Assembly: GCF_009914755.1 (NCBI RefSeq)
Contig: NC_060930.1
From: the human T2T-CHM13v2.0 reference genome, Homo sapiens
Reading direction: 5' to 3' (one strand)
DNA: 64,000 nt
Below, in pieces: positions 1-12,229 of the stretch. The notes below the pieces were generated by a model. The model did no database searches and was not told the origin of the DNA. It saw only the letters and a program-made list of their open reading frames with translations. Every line of letters starts with the position of its first letter. The first letter of the stretch is position 1. The translations under genes and the position numbers were made by a program.

Positions 1-136
1 AGCCCAGAAAGGGGCTCCCACAGTGCAGTGGTGGGCTGAAGGGCTCCTGAAGTGCCGCCAAAGTGGGAGCCCAGGCAGAGGAGGCGCCCAGAGCGAACGA
101 GGGCTGTGAGGACTGCCAGCACGCTGTCACCTCTCA
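1..136 (-). mobile_element. LTR12C-type (ERV9) LTR, 5' end; the element continues off the left edge
   Basis: The reverse complement starts TGAGAGGTGACAGCGTGCTGGCAGTCCTCACAGCCCTCG..., which is the LTR12C 5' terminus. Confidence 0.93.
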
Positions 137-970
137 CAATTATCCGAAAAATAAAACAAACACAAGCACAGAACCGTGGCGAACACTACGCCAACCTATA
201 CCATATCAAATTACTCAAACAGTAGTAAAGAGATATCTTAAAGACAGCCAGAGGAAAACAGACACATTATGTGCAGAGGAACAAAAATAAGAGCATTAGC
301 AAGCTTCTAGTTAGAAAGAATGTAAGCAAGATGACAGCAAACAAGAAGACATTTACCAACCACTGAAAGAACAACAACAATCAACCTAGAATTCTATATG
401 TAGCACAAATGCCTCTTAGAAAATGAAAGTAAAATAAGGAATTTCAGATGTATACAAGAAGAAAAAAATAAATCACCAGTATATCCACAACACAAGAAGT
501 GTGAAAATAAGTGCTTGCGGGTGAAGGAAAATAACATCAGATGAAAGTGTAAATCTATAGCAAAAAATATCAGATAAGGTATTTACATGGTAAATATAGC
601 ATAATTTTGTTATTTCAAGTTCTATTAAAGATATTTAAAATTTTGAGCAAAAAGCCCAATGCATTATGTGTTTATTTTTAAAGTATTATTGAAATATAAA
701 TCAAGAATACCATAAAGACCAGGTGGAAAAAAATGGAAGTATATTATTACCAGTTTCAAACACTATATGTGAAGTGGGATAATATCAGATAGACAGTGAC
801 ACATTAATGTATATAATAGGAAGCCTAAAGCAGCCATTAAAATAACTAAACAAAGAATTATAGAGGATAAACCAACAAAAGATATAAAATTAAATCATTA
901 AAAAGTAGGCAGAAAAAAATTTAAAGCCAGAAAAAGAAAATGGGGAAAAATAAATGGAACAAATAGAAAA
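137..970 (+). mobile_element. Ancient L1 (L1M-class) ORF1-end/inter-ORF remnant
   Basis: Degenerate L1 ORF1 3' motifs (atcaacctagaattctatat, aaatgaaagtaaaataag); A-rich sense strand. Confidence 0.65.
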
Positions 971-979
971 CAATATTGT

Positions 980-1440
980 TTTTGTGATTAAAAAACACTA
1001 AGATCTACCCTTTCAGCAAAGTTGAAGTATATAAAAGAGTATTGTTAACTATAGACACTATGCCATATAGTAGATCTCTAGAACTTAGTGATCTTGCATA
1101 ACTGAAATTTTGTACACTTTGACGATTACCAACCCATTTCTCCCTTCCGTATGTCCCTGGTAACTATCCTTCTACTTTCTACATCATTATTTTGACCTAT
1201 TTCAGATTCTTTGTATAAATGGGATCATATAATATTACTGAATATGCATTCCTTCTTGGTCTGGCTTATTTCACTTATCATAATGTCCTCCAGATTTATC
1301 CATGTTGTCACAAAGGCAGAATTTCCTTTTTTAAAATGCTAAATAATAATCCACTGTGTGTATATACTGCATTTTCTTTATCCGTTAATCCTTAGAAAGA
1401 CATTAAGTTTACTTCCATATCTTGGCTATTGTGAATAAAC
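980..1440 (-). mobile_element. L1MA9/L1MA10-like 3' end fragment
   Basis: Motifs taagatctaccc, gtattgttaactatag, agatctctagaactta and ctggcttatttcactta are typical of the antisense L1MA 3'UTR. Confidence 0.85.
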
Positions 1441-1630
1441 TTTGCAGTTCCTCATAATTCACAAAATAGCAGCATATCGATCTCCACATTTGAATTTAAT
1501 TTCTTGGAAAAACAAAGAATAATTACAAAAAAATGAAAAGATGATAATGAACAAATTTACTAATTAAATAATATTTTGGGGGAATATGGTAGACAATATA
1601 AAGATCAAAATTTTCTCAGAGTCTGTAAAA

Positions 1631-1672
1631 TGTGTGTGTGCACGTGAGAGAGAGAGAGAGAATGAGAGAGAG
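1631..1672. repeat. (TG)n-(GA)n compound microsatellite
   Basis: Seen directly. Confidence 0.85.
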
Positions 1673-1985
1673 TTGAAGAAGCTTCAGGAGTGTCCTTGAG
1701 AAACTTCTGAATTTTAGTTTATGTCTTTAAAATATACATTTACCAAAAAAATGTGGTTCTTTCATAATGGAAATTTTTTGGAGTAGAGACTTGTTGGCAC
1801 TTGACTCAATTTCTTCTTGTTTGAGATTCTTTAAACTATACAACAATAAATAAACTCCCATATGGTATCATAATTCCATTTTATTAATACCAATTTATTG
1901 ATTTCCTACTATATCAGTTAAGGAGCCAGTCAAGAGTCAGAAACTATATAAGTTATTTTGGCAGGGATAATTTAATATAAAGAAT

Positions 1986-2386
1986 TTTATTAGGCTCTTC
2001 TTGCATGACTATTAAGAAATACCTGAGACTGGATAAGTTATAAAGAAAGAGGTTTAATTGAGTCATCGTTCTACAGGCTCCACAGGAAGCATGACACTGT
2101 CATCTGCTCAGCTTCTGGTGAGGCCTTGGCTGTTTACAGTCATGACAGAAGGCAACGGTGGCACCAGTGTGTCACATGGCAAGAGCAGGAGGAAGAGTGG
2201 GCAGGGGAGGTGCCACATGATTTCAAACAACCAGACATCGCCGGAACTCACTCCTTTCGTGAAGACAGCATCAAGCCATGAGGGATCTGCCCCATGACCC
2301 AAACACCTCTCATCAGGCCGCATTTCCAACATTGAGGATTACATTTCAACATGAGATTTGGGGCGACAAATATCCAAACTATTTCA
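1986..2386 (-). mobile_element. MSTB-type MaLR solo LTR
   Basis: MST motifs (aaatacctgagactgg, gtgtcacatggcaagagcagg, catgagatttgg...atccaaactat); 5-bp TSD AGAAT at 1981-1985 and 2387-2391. Confidence 0.9.
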
Positions 2387-2654
2387 AGAATTATCAACTA
2401 AAAAGGCGAAAAGAGAACAGTAATGTATCAATCACAGAGGCAACTCCTGAGGGAAGCAGCTACCTAGGCTAGACATAGAAAAACAAAAGGCAGAGCGATC
2501 CCGCAGAGCTCAAACTCAAACCCCTGAGAAAGAAGTGTAGCTAGTTTCAGTACCAGAAAAATACAGACTGAAATCAATTGTTATTACTGGAACTAACTGC
2601 CTTTGCTGGTGTGGAGTAGCAATCTTGGCCTGATCATGACAAAAATAGTAGATT

Positions 2655-2963
2655 AGCAAATTATAAGTACACAAACGAGTATTGTTAACTATAGACTCTA
2701 TGCTATATAGTGCATTTCCAGAACTTAGTCATCCTGCATAACTAAAATTTTGTACCCTTTGACCATTACCATCCCCTTTCTCCCTTCCATCTATTCCTGG
2801 TAACCATCGTTCCACTTTCTGCACCTATTAGTTTGACTATTTCAGATTTCTTGTATAGATCGGATCATATAATATTTCTGAATATGTATTCCTACCGGGT
2901 CCGGCTTATTTCACTTATAATGTCCTCCAAGTTCATCCATGTTGTCACAAAGGCAGAATTTCC
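2655..2963 (-). mobile_element. Second copy of the L1MA 3' fragment (paralogous to 1015-1326)
   Basis: Colinear with 1015-1326 and shares its distinctive segments. Confidence 0.85.
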
Positions 2964-2965
2964 TT

Positions 2966-3475
2966 CCTAAATTACCTTATTGCTGCTATAACAAATTATT
3001 ATAAATTTATTTGCTTAATACAACACAAATAAACTATATTGTACCTCTGGAAGTGAAAAATCTGAGATGAATCTTACAGTCTAAAATGAAGATGTTGTTT
3101 TTGCTGCATTTATCCTGGAAGCTCTATGGGAGAACCCATTTATTTTCCTTTTCCAGCTTCTGCGGGCCACCTGCATTTCATGGATTGTGCTCCTTCCTCC
3201 ATCTTCAAAGCTCAACACTCCAACCTCTGCTTGCATTGCCTTATCTCCTTTCTCCCTTGTCTTCCACTGCCACATTTCCTTCTCTGACTCTGACCTTCCT
3301 GCCTCTCCCTTTTAAGGACACTTGTGATACTTCAGGATAATACACCCATCTCAAGATCTTTCATGTAGTGACACCTGCGAAGTCCCTTTCCACATGTAAG
3401 GCAGCATATTCACAGGCTTCAGGAATTAGGACATGGACATCCTTTAGGAAGGTAAGTATTATTCTGTCTATCACA
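2966..3475 (-). mobile_element. MLT1D/MLT1C MaLR LTR
   Basis: attgctgctataacaaatta, ttccagcttc, ttcctccatcttcaaagc, ggaattaggacatggacatc...tcaca. Confidence 0.85.
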
Positions 3476-3716
3476 AATACAAAGCGGACAAAAGGACTAG
3501 CCATAGAGAGGAATGGAAAGCCAAACAGGAAACATCTAAAAACAAGTAAGTATTTTCTTCCTCCTCTAGCCTTCCATTCTCACTCTAGGAAACCCTATTG
3601 GTAGAGTTGGAATCATTTGTCAAACAAAGAATTTTTTTGATTGATTCCCAGTCATAAGCTCATTATTAAGCAGAGAATGGACACATGATGAGAAACAATA
3701 GCTTAATAAATAGCAC

Positions 3717-4072
3717 TGTGATGTGAATGTTCACGTCCCCCCAAAGTTCATAGGTTGAAACTGAATACTCAATGTGATTGTATTAAGAGGCGGGACCTTT
3801 GGGAGGCGATTAGGTCATGAGGGTGGAGCACTCCTGAATGGGAATAGTGCTTTTACAAGGGGCTGAAGAAATCAGAGTTCTTACTTTCCACCCTGTAAGG
3901 ACACAGAAAAAAGGCACTGTCCATAAGGAAGTAGGCTGTCACCAGGCAAGAATCTGCAGGCACCTTGATCTTGGAATTCTTAGCCTCCAAAATTGTGAAA
4001 AATAAACATTTGTTGTTTATAAGCCACCCACCCAGTTTATGGTATTTTGTTAAAGCAACCCAAACTAAGGCA
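3717..4072 (+). mobile_element. MLT1A/MLT1A0 MaLR LTR
   Basis: tgaatgttcacgtccccccaaa, ggtcatgagggtggagc, caccttgatcttgga, aataaacatttgttgtttataagccaccc. Confidence 0.88.
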
Positions 4073-4105
4073 GGTAATGTAACTTAGCATTACTAAGAAC
4101 TAAGG

Positions 4106-4107
<2 letters not shown>

Positions 4108-4140
<33 letters not shown>
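4108..4140. repeat. (CA)16 microsatellite
   Basis: Seen directly. Confidence 0.97.
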
Positions 4141-4141
<1 letters not shown>

Positions 4142-5064
4142 CCTTCAAAAGATATAAATTTTATCAGAGAAACTAGAAAAGTACAAAAACAATTGCAGTA
4201 ACAGATACATTAGATAAATAATACAATAAGGCATATAAAAATGGGAGGAGGGAACAGATAAATTGATCCAAATCAATGGGAAGAAATTGTACTGTGGAAG
4301 AAGAAATAATGCCTTTTCTCTGGTCTTTGGTAGAAAATAGGAACATTTTAAAATTATTATTATTTTTAAAATTTTTGTTGTGTGTAATTTGAATATCTTT
4401 CCAAATTTTGTTATTTTGAGTTATATTACCAATAATAAATGTTTTCTTTTCAAAACAATTGGTAATATGCAATAAGCTTGATACTTAATGTAAATTTATG
4501 GGATAAAGTTGAATCTATAAAATTGGCATTAAATATTTTAAAGATAAAATTTAGAAAGTCAATTACTAAAGTTGATAATTCCCTGGAGATATAAGTATGA
4601 GAAAACAGATATTTTTATTATATCGAGCTGTGACATTACTCATATAAACAAGCATGACAAATATCAATAGCTGATGAAAATAACTAGGATTTTTCATGTT
4701 TAAAATCTTACATGTTTTTAACTTTCACGTGTACATTATTTTCATGTATTCATATAGCTTATGTGTGAGTAATATGGATGTTTTCAAAAGTCTACATTTT
4801 AATAATACATAGCAATTAAAATAAAGTAAAATTATATAAAATCAAATTTCTTTTTATGTCTACGTAATTCAAGGGTTAAAAACAATAATATTATTTGCTG
4901 TGAGTCTGTCTTTTAATATGCATGCTATCTGAATGATATATTCCTAAATGCTTATTGTATACATTTCAAACAAAATAAACAATATATGTGATAATAGTTT
5001 TTACTTTTATTTCCCTAAAGTTAAATACCTGCAACTCACATTCAAAATAATCACTTAAATATGA

Positions 5065-5464
<400 letters not shown>

Positions 5465-5479
5465 TGGTTGATTTATTTT

Positions 5480-7700
5480 TAAATTTTTAAAATATGAAAT
5501 ATATCACAGAAGCACAAACATGCACAAAACACAAGTGTATATCCCCATTATCCCCTAATGCCTCCCCATTTTAAGCTTCCTTCCACTGTGCTGAAGTTAA
5601 CATTGAAATTTTTGTATATCAGTTTGAAACATGCCTAAAAATAGCTTTATTATGTAAGCTTGTATCTCAAAATCTGTTGTTTAGTTTGGCCTGTTTTTTA
5701 AAAATGTTTAACTTACATACAAGTTATCCTTAAGTGTCTTTACTCTTCTTAAGGCTGTGTTCGTTTCACTGAGCATTATGTATATGAGTTATCTTGGTTG
5801 TTGTATCTATAATCCATTCATTTTTTCTGATGTAATGCATTTCATTGTATGAATATGCCATAATTACTTATGTATTCTGTAGTTGTTAAACAGTTGCAAT
5901 TTTTCTGGTTTAAGAAAAATGCTACAATAAATAATTTTTTATTTTTACAAATATCATGGTCCATACATGCAATAATTTTTTTGCTGGGTTTATGTATGAC
6001 ATGGATGCCAATATTCAAATGTAATCAATAATGCCAAACTTATCCAAACTTGTCGTGTCAATTTCTACTCCCACAAATATTGATCAGAGTTTCAATTATT
6101 CCACCTTATCAATACTTTATATTATCAAATTTGTGTAGGTTTTTTTAAAAATGATGGGCATTTGAGTGGTTCTGTTGTTTTGCTTTACATTCTCCTTCTT
6201 ACTAAAAAGTTTCCTACCAGCTCATATTTTTAATAATCACTGATATATCCTCTTTGGTTAACTGTCGGTTTAAGTCTACTACTAATTTGTCTTTGAGTTT
6301 TGTGACATTTTATAATTACTTTGTGGGAGTTGCTGATATTTTGCCACTCTGTAGGTTGCGTTTTTAGTTTCAATGTTTTTTTGTTTTTTTCATAAATAGA
6401 ACATCTAGGATTTTTTGTACCGCTTATAAGCAAAATAACAAATATTTTCAGATTGGATTATTGCATTTTTTATACTATTTGAAATTATTTCTCAGCTCCA
6501 AGTTTATGTTGATAATCATCTATCTCATCTCCAAAGATATTTATTTACCTTTAAATCTGCAATCAACCTGGAAGTGCTACCGTTTTAATGGTGTGATTTA
6601 GGGGCTGTATCCAACTGCCCTTGTATTAATACTAAACGAATCTGCATCATTTATTAAGAAAAACTATTTATTGAAAAGATTGTCATTTACTCAAAAGACC
6701 TCGGTTCCATAAGACCAACCTTGTTATAAATCAAGAGGATCTATTCTATGGTCTCTACTATATTTCATTGGTTTATTTATTGAGTCTTTCACAATTCCAA
6801 ACTATCTTAATTACTGTGAATTGTAAGTCTTGATGTCATATAGAGGATAACCTCTCACCTTTGTCTTGCTCTAAATTATCTTTCAGGTCTTGGCTCTTTG
6901 CTTTTTTGTATAAATTTTTGAATGAATTTGTCAATTTCTCCTCAAAAAAAACACTTTAATCTTTTATTGGATGTGAAATTGACCGTAGATTGTAGATAAA
7001 TAAGAGCAAAACATTACTTTTACATTATTTTTACATTTTCCGAATATTCCAAACCATGAATATGTTATGTACTTCTATTCATTAGATATTTTCATTTATT
7101 TCAATAATGATTTATAGATGTCTACAAAATAGGTCTTGCACATCTTTGTTAAATTTATTTCTATCATTTGATATTTTGAAGTTAACTTTACATCTTTTAA
7201 CATTTCATTTATAAATTTCTTATAGTTATCTAAAAATTTTGTATCATACATATACACACGTGCCTGATATTTTGTATATAGACCTAATTTCTTCCCTGCT
7301 GTACTAGAATAAGGATGAGAAGAAAAGACAGAAAACTGCCATTATTGACAATATGAGAGTGTAGACAGTAGAAAAGAGAAAAAAGTGACCTTTGAACTAA
7401 ATTACTAGATTAGAGATGTTATTAGCTAACATCACTGGTTTGAGATCTTTAACAGCTACATTTCAACATTTAAGTATTAAAGATGATATTTCCATAAGGA
7501 TTTTTGTTGATATTTATATCAAATAGACTTATTCAGAGAAGAAATGTTCTTATCTTAGTTTTCTACAAAACATTTAATGCTAATGAATGTTTAATTTTAC
7601 CCAAATATTATTCTACTTTTAGTGAAATAGCTATGACTATTTTCTTCTTTGTTTGAAAAGATGAATTTCATTATTTTTAAAATAGTAAATATTTCCTATT
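5480..7700 (-). mobile_element. Ancient L1ME-class 3' end/ORF2 remnant, highly diverged
   Basis: T-rich antisense L1 motifs (attgtatgaatatgcca, aatgctacaataaa, ttattgaaaaga, gtcttgcacatctttgttaaatttatt). Confidence 0.6.
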
Positions 7701-8762
7701 TCTATTCTTTTGTTTTACAAATGAGATGTAATAATGTATATACCACAGTGTTTATCAGTAGCCTATTACAGAAAAAAAAAAAAGGAAAAGTAGAGCTGGC
7801 ATAAAGTGAAAAGTATAGCACAAATACAGAAATTATACCTTGAAAATCTAAAATTTCATTACTCATTTATACGAAAATTTAATTTCTTATATTTTTAATT
7901 TATAAATCTTAATGTTTGTGAAGTGTACTGAACATTAGTTTCCTAAACTACAGATAATGGAGAAAAAATACATCTGCTCTGGGTTTTAGTATATGAAAAT
8001 TTTCACAATATTATTTTAACAAACTGCTTTTATTGCAAAGAAAATTTTGTTGGATTTCATCTCTCTGGAAGAGAGCATGGGATATCTACTGTGTAGCCAA
8101 AATATTATATTACCATTAAAGAACAAGATAGATTTATACATAATAGGCTCATTAAAATATCCCAATTATTGGCATTATTTTGTTTTTACATATTTATTTC
8201 ACAAACCAGGCATAAAATGAATGAGAATTTTGAAATAAAATAGAGTTCAGCCTCATAAAATATGACTGTGTCTGAGGGTTCTATCAAATCTCTCAAGGGA
8301 AAAATCAAATCTGATAAAAGTCAGTATCCAATAATTTAATGTTGCAGTCCAAACATTTTATTGGAACATGATATTGTTAGCCTGCAAGCTGTTTTGCTGA
8401 CATTTGATTACATTTTTAAATGGCTGTGAAACTAAATATGACAGGATTTAGTTTCCAGTTTGTTTTCTACACCCAAGGTCATTTAAGCTTTGTGGTATAC
8501 CAGAAAGAATGTTTATGTAATACTAGCATGTATTACTAAATAAAATCTTATAGTGTAGCTTATTATTTATCTTATTAAATGTCATGTCATTTATTTTGTT
8601 TAAATATCATATTACAACCTAAAATATACACTGGCTGTAGTTTGTGTTTTGGAGATTAATATATTCAAATATAAAAAAGCTATAGCTTGATATATAAAAA
8701 CATTAAGGAAATACATATGCATATATATTGTCAGACAAATTGAGGTTATAAATATTTGTCTA

Positions 8763-9778
8763 AGTGGGACTTAATTAAACTGAAGAGCTTCTGCATAGCA
8801 AAAGAAATAACCAATAGAGTAAACAGACAACCTCCAGAATGGGAGAAGATATATGTGAACTGCATCCAACAAAGGCCTAATATCTAGAATCTATAGAGAA
8901 CTTAAAAAATCAAGAAGCAAGAAAAAAATAACCCCATTAAAAATGGGTGAAAAACATGAACAGATATTTCTCTAAAAAAGACATACAAGCAGACAAGAAA
9001 CATGAAAAAATGCCTAGTATCACTAGTCATCAGAGAAATGCAAATCAAAACCACAATAAGACACCATCTCAAGCCAATGAGAATGGCTGTTACTAAAATG
9101 TCAAAAAACAACAGATGCTGGTGAGGCTGCAGAGAAAAGAGAATGCTTATGTATTGTTGGTGAGAATGAAAAATTAGTCCTGCCACTGTGGAAAGCAGTT
9201 TGGAGATTCTCAAAGTACTGAAAACCGAGCTATCATTCAATCCAGGAATCCCATTATTTGGTATATACCCAAATGAAAATAAAGCATTCTGCCAAAAAGA
9301 CACATGTTCTTGTATACTTATGGCAGGACAATTCACAGTAGCACAGGTATGGAATCAGTCCAAGTGCCTATCAATGGTAGAGTGGATAAGAAAAATGTGG
9401 TATATATATACACTATGGAATACTATGCAGCCACAAAGAAGAATTAAATCATGTCCTTTTGCAGCAACTTGTATGCAGGTGGAGACCATAATCCCAAGCC
9501 AATTAACACAGAAACAAAACCAAATACCACATAGTCTCACTCATAAGTGGGAGCTAAATTTTGAGCACACATGGACATAAACATGGGAACAACAGATACT
9601 GGGGTCTAGTCAAGAGGGTAGGGAGGAGGTGTGGATTGAAAAACTACCCTTCAGGCTCTATGCTCAGTACCTGGGTGATAGGATCCACATACCAGACCCC
9701 AGCATCATACAATATTCCCATGTCAAAAAGCCTGCACATGTAGTCCCTATATCTAAAATAAAGTTTAAAATCAAGTAA
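8763..9778 (+). mobile_element. 5'-truncated L1PA15-17/L1PB-type 3' end (ORF2 C-terminus plus 3'UTR)
   Basis: ORF 9188-9580 resembles the L1 ORF2p C-terminus (...SFNPGIPLFGIYP...WNQSKC...WIRKMWYIYT); flanking TSD-like ATAAATATTTG(T/C)CTA. Confidence 0.92.
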
Positions 9779-10249
9779 ATAAATATTTGCCTATGCATAT
9801 ATAGGTATAACTGTATATTCATATGAAATGGATCTACATCTTTTAATATTTAATTTAAAAAAATCGACAGCATAAAATTTTCCTAGAAGATATATGGTAA
9901 TTATTAATTCAAAATGTATCCATATATGTCTATTTCTATTAACCTTTTGATTTGCACTGAAATGACTATGTATTTTAGTAATATGAGGCAAACAGTAATA
10001 TTTCCCAACAAAAAATATGATACAAAAAAAGCTAAATTAAAACTTCTAAAAAGAAAATGTGGGAATTCAAAAACATATATTAATGTTCTCAAATGTAAGA
10101 ACATATGAATGTTCTTACTTTAATAGAACATTTATCCTGAACTTTATGATCATGAAATTATCCAGGTATGCTGGTATATTCAATTTTATTTTTAATTTCT
10201 CACATATACATTTGCTGTAAGAATTTATGTTGCTGTCATCATTAGCTTT

Positions 10250-10573
10250 CTTTCTTCTTTTTTTCTTTAGAGACAGCATATTTCTGTTGCTCAGCCTGGA
10301 GTGCAGTGGTGCAATCATGGCTTACTGTAACCTCAAACTCCTGGGCTCAAGTGATACTCCCACGTCAGCCTCCCAAGTGACAAACCACTTCAGGTGCAAG
10401 CCACCATGCCCAGCTAATTTTGTTTTGGTTTGGTTTTTGGTAGAGATAGAGTTCCCCAGAAACCCTATGTTCCCCAGCATAGTCTCGAACTCCTGACCTC
10501 AAATGATTCTCCCATCTTGGCCTCCCAAAGGGCTGAGATTACAAGCATAAGCCATGAGCCACCACACCCAGCT
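10250..10573 (-). mobile_element. AluJ
   Basis: Alu dimer with J diagnostics (aactcctgggctcaagtgat), diverged. Confidence 0.9.
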
Positions 10574-10719
10574 TATTATTTATATTCTATAACCATGTTG
10601 TAGTATGCTCAATTAAATTTTTTTTTTGGAAAATAAGGCATATATATCTGATTCTCCATGACTTTTAGGATAGATTATTATGTTTGTTTGTTTTAGTTTC
10701 CATAATATGCGATCAGGCA

Positions 10720-11220
10720 TATCAACTGAAACACAGAGACACTAGAAAAACCTGTCAGTCACGCAAAGTTGGGTTTATGGAAACTACGGCAGCAAAGGAA
10801 AACAGCACCTTGACAGTTCTGTTTCCCAAATGATGTAAATTAAGAAAGCATATTTATTGAATTTTGTAATATGAGAATGACTGATTAAGGGAGGCTTTTC
10901 AAGTAGGAGTTTAGGATTGAGTAAATATAATTTATGAATGGTAAGATGAGGGTCTCAATGAGAATGTTGATGACTAAATTGTCATGATAGGAGACCTGCT
11001 TGATCAGATGAGCAAATTTTGGCCTGCATAAATTTGTTTGCAAGAATTTCCAGAAGTGAATAGTAAAATTATTTGTTGATTTGGTGTGTCTTCTTCTGTG
11101 CAAGAATATCCCAGAAGGCACAGTTAAATTATCTTGACCCAGGTGGTCTCATTCTCAGTTTCAACAGTTGAGTTAGGTTGAAGCAGGTGTTCACAGTTCT
11201 TATAATTTTGTTCAGTGACA
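10720..11220 (-). mobile_element. Possible ancient ERV-type solo LTR (unassigned)
   Basis: About 500-bp block with LTR-like ends (tatcaactgaaa ... cagtgaca); not matched to a named family. Confidence 0.3.
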
Positions 11221-11789
11221 TAGGTTAAAAGAAAATCTCCGGATATATTTTCCCTACAGAGATAAACTGAATTTCTCTTAGGTGTGTATAACAATTGAAA
11301 TATATGTTCATGATGTAACAAAGGAGTAGTAAGTGGAAAAGCTGTCAGAAGGGCGCCAAAAGGTCTGGAAACCATGGTTTAAGTACAAAATCTAACAAAA
11401 AATATTAGCAAATTCTTACATTCTTATTTCAGAACCTCTTTGTGTTGACTGTGCTCTCTATATAATCTTCAAACCAAGGTATTTATAAGATTCACTGTCT
11501 TCTTGTAGGCATGCTGAGATGGAATAAAGTGGGTAATGCACATGCCTGCTGGTGAAGATCTCTCAGGTCTGTTATATCTTTAATCTTTACCCTTTCACAT
11601 TATATAATTACTATTATAGTTTCACTGGGTTTCTCTATTAATCACGTTATATGTCTATTTGCCATATCCAGTTACTATTCTTCATTCTTTATATAATTTG
11701 ACCTATTTGTGGATAAAACATTGGTGAATATAATATCCTTCATTAAACTGTTTTAATATTCATTTCCATGAGACAATCTTTTGGTTTTA

Positions 11790-12133
11790 AAACAAGTGGA
11801 TAAATAAAATGTTACATATATACAACATGGAATACTACTCAGCCATAAAAAGGAATGAAATAATAGCATTAGCAGCAACCTGGATGAAATTTGAGGCCAT
11901 TATTCTAAATGAAGTAACTCAGGAAAAAAAAATACTGTAAGTTCTCACTTATATATAGGAGCTAAGCTATGAGGATGCAAATGCATAAGAATGATAGAAT
12001 AGACTTTGGGGACTTGGAGGGCAGGGTGAGAGGGGGAAGGAAAGAAGACTATACACTGGGTACAGTGTACACTGCTTGTGTGACAGGTGCACCAAAATCT
12101 TAAAACTCACCACTAGAGAACTTTGTCCACATG
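11790..12133 (+). mobile_element. L1PB-type 3' end fragment
   Basis: gctaagctatgaggatgcaaa, gactttggggact, gggtacagtgtacactgc, caccaaaatct...caccacta. Confidence 0.88.
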
Positions 12134-12229
12134 TTGGAAGTAGCAATTTATTTCAGGTCAATGATTGTTTATCAGATATCAATTTTATCTACATCTCAAC
12201 AGCATTTGAAAGCTAACTAGCATTTTTTA

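Larger units (their letters stand above)
1910..3717 (-). mobile_element. Ancient LTR-like element (family unassigned), split by MSTB, an L1 fragment copy and MLT1D
   Basis: LTR-like start (tatatcagttaagg...tttaatataaagaatt) resumes after the MSTB target-site duplication (TSD) and again after 3475; similar-looking sequence at about 24950-25480. Confidence 0.35.

Noticed and set aside
8902-9743. 130-144 aa ORFs
   Set aside because: They are a decayed L1 ORF2 C-terminus and its antisense frame.
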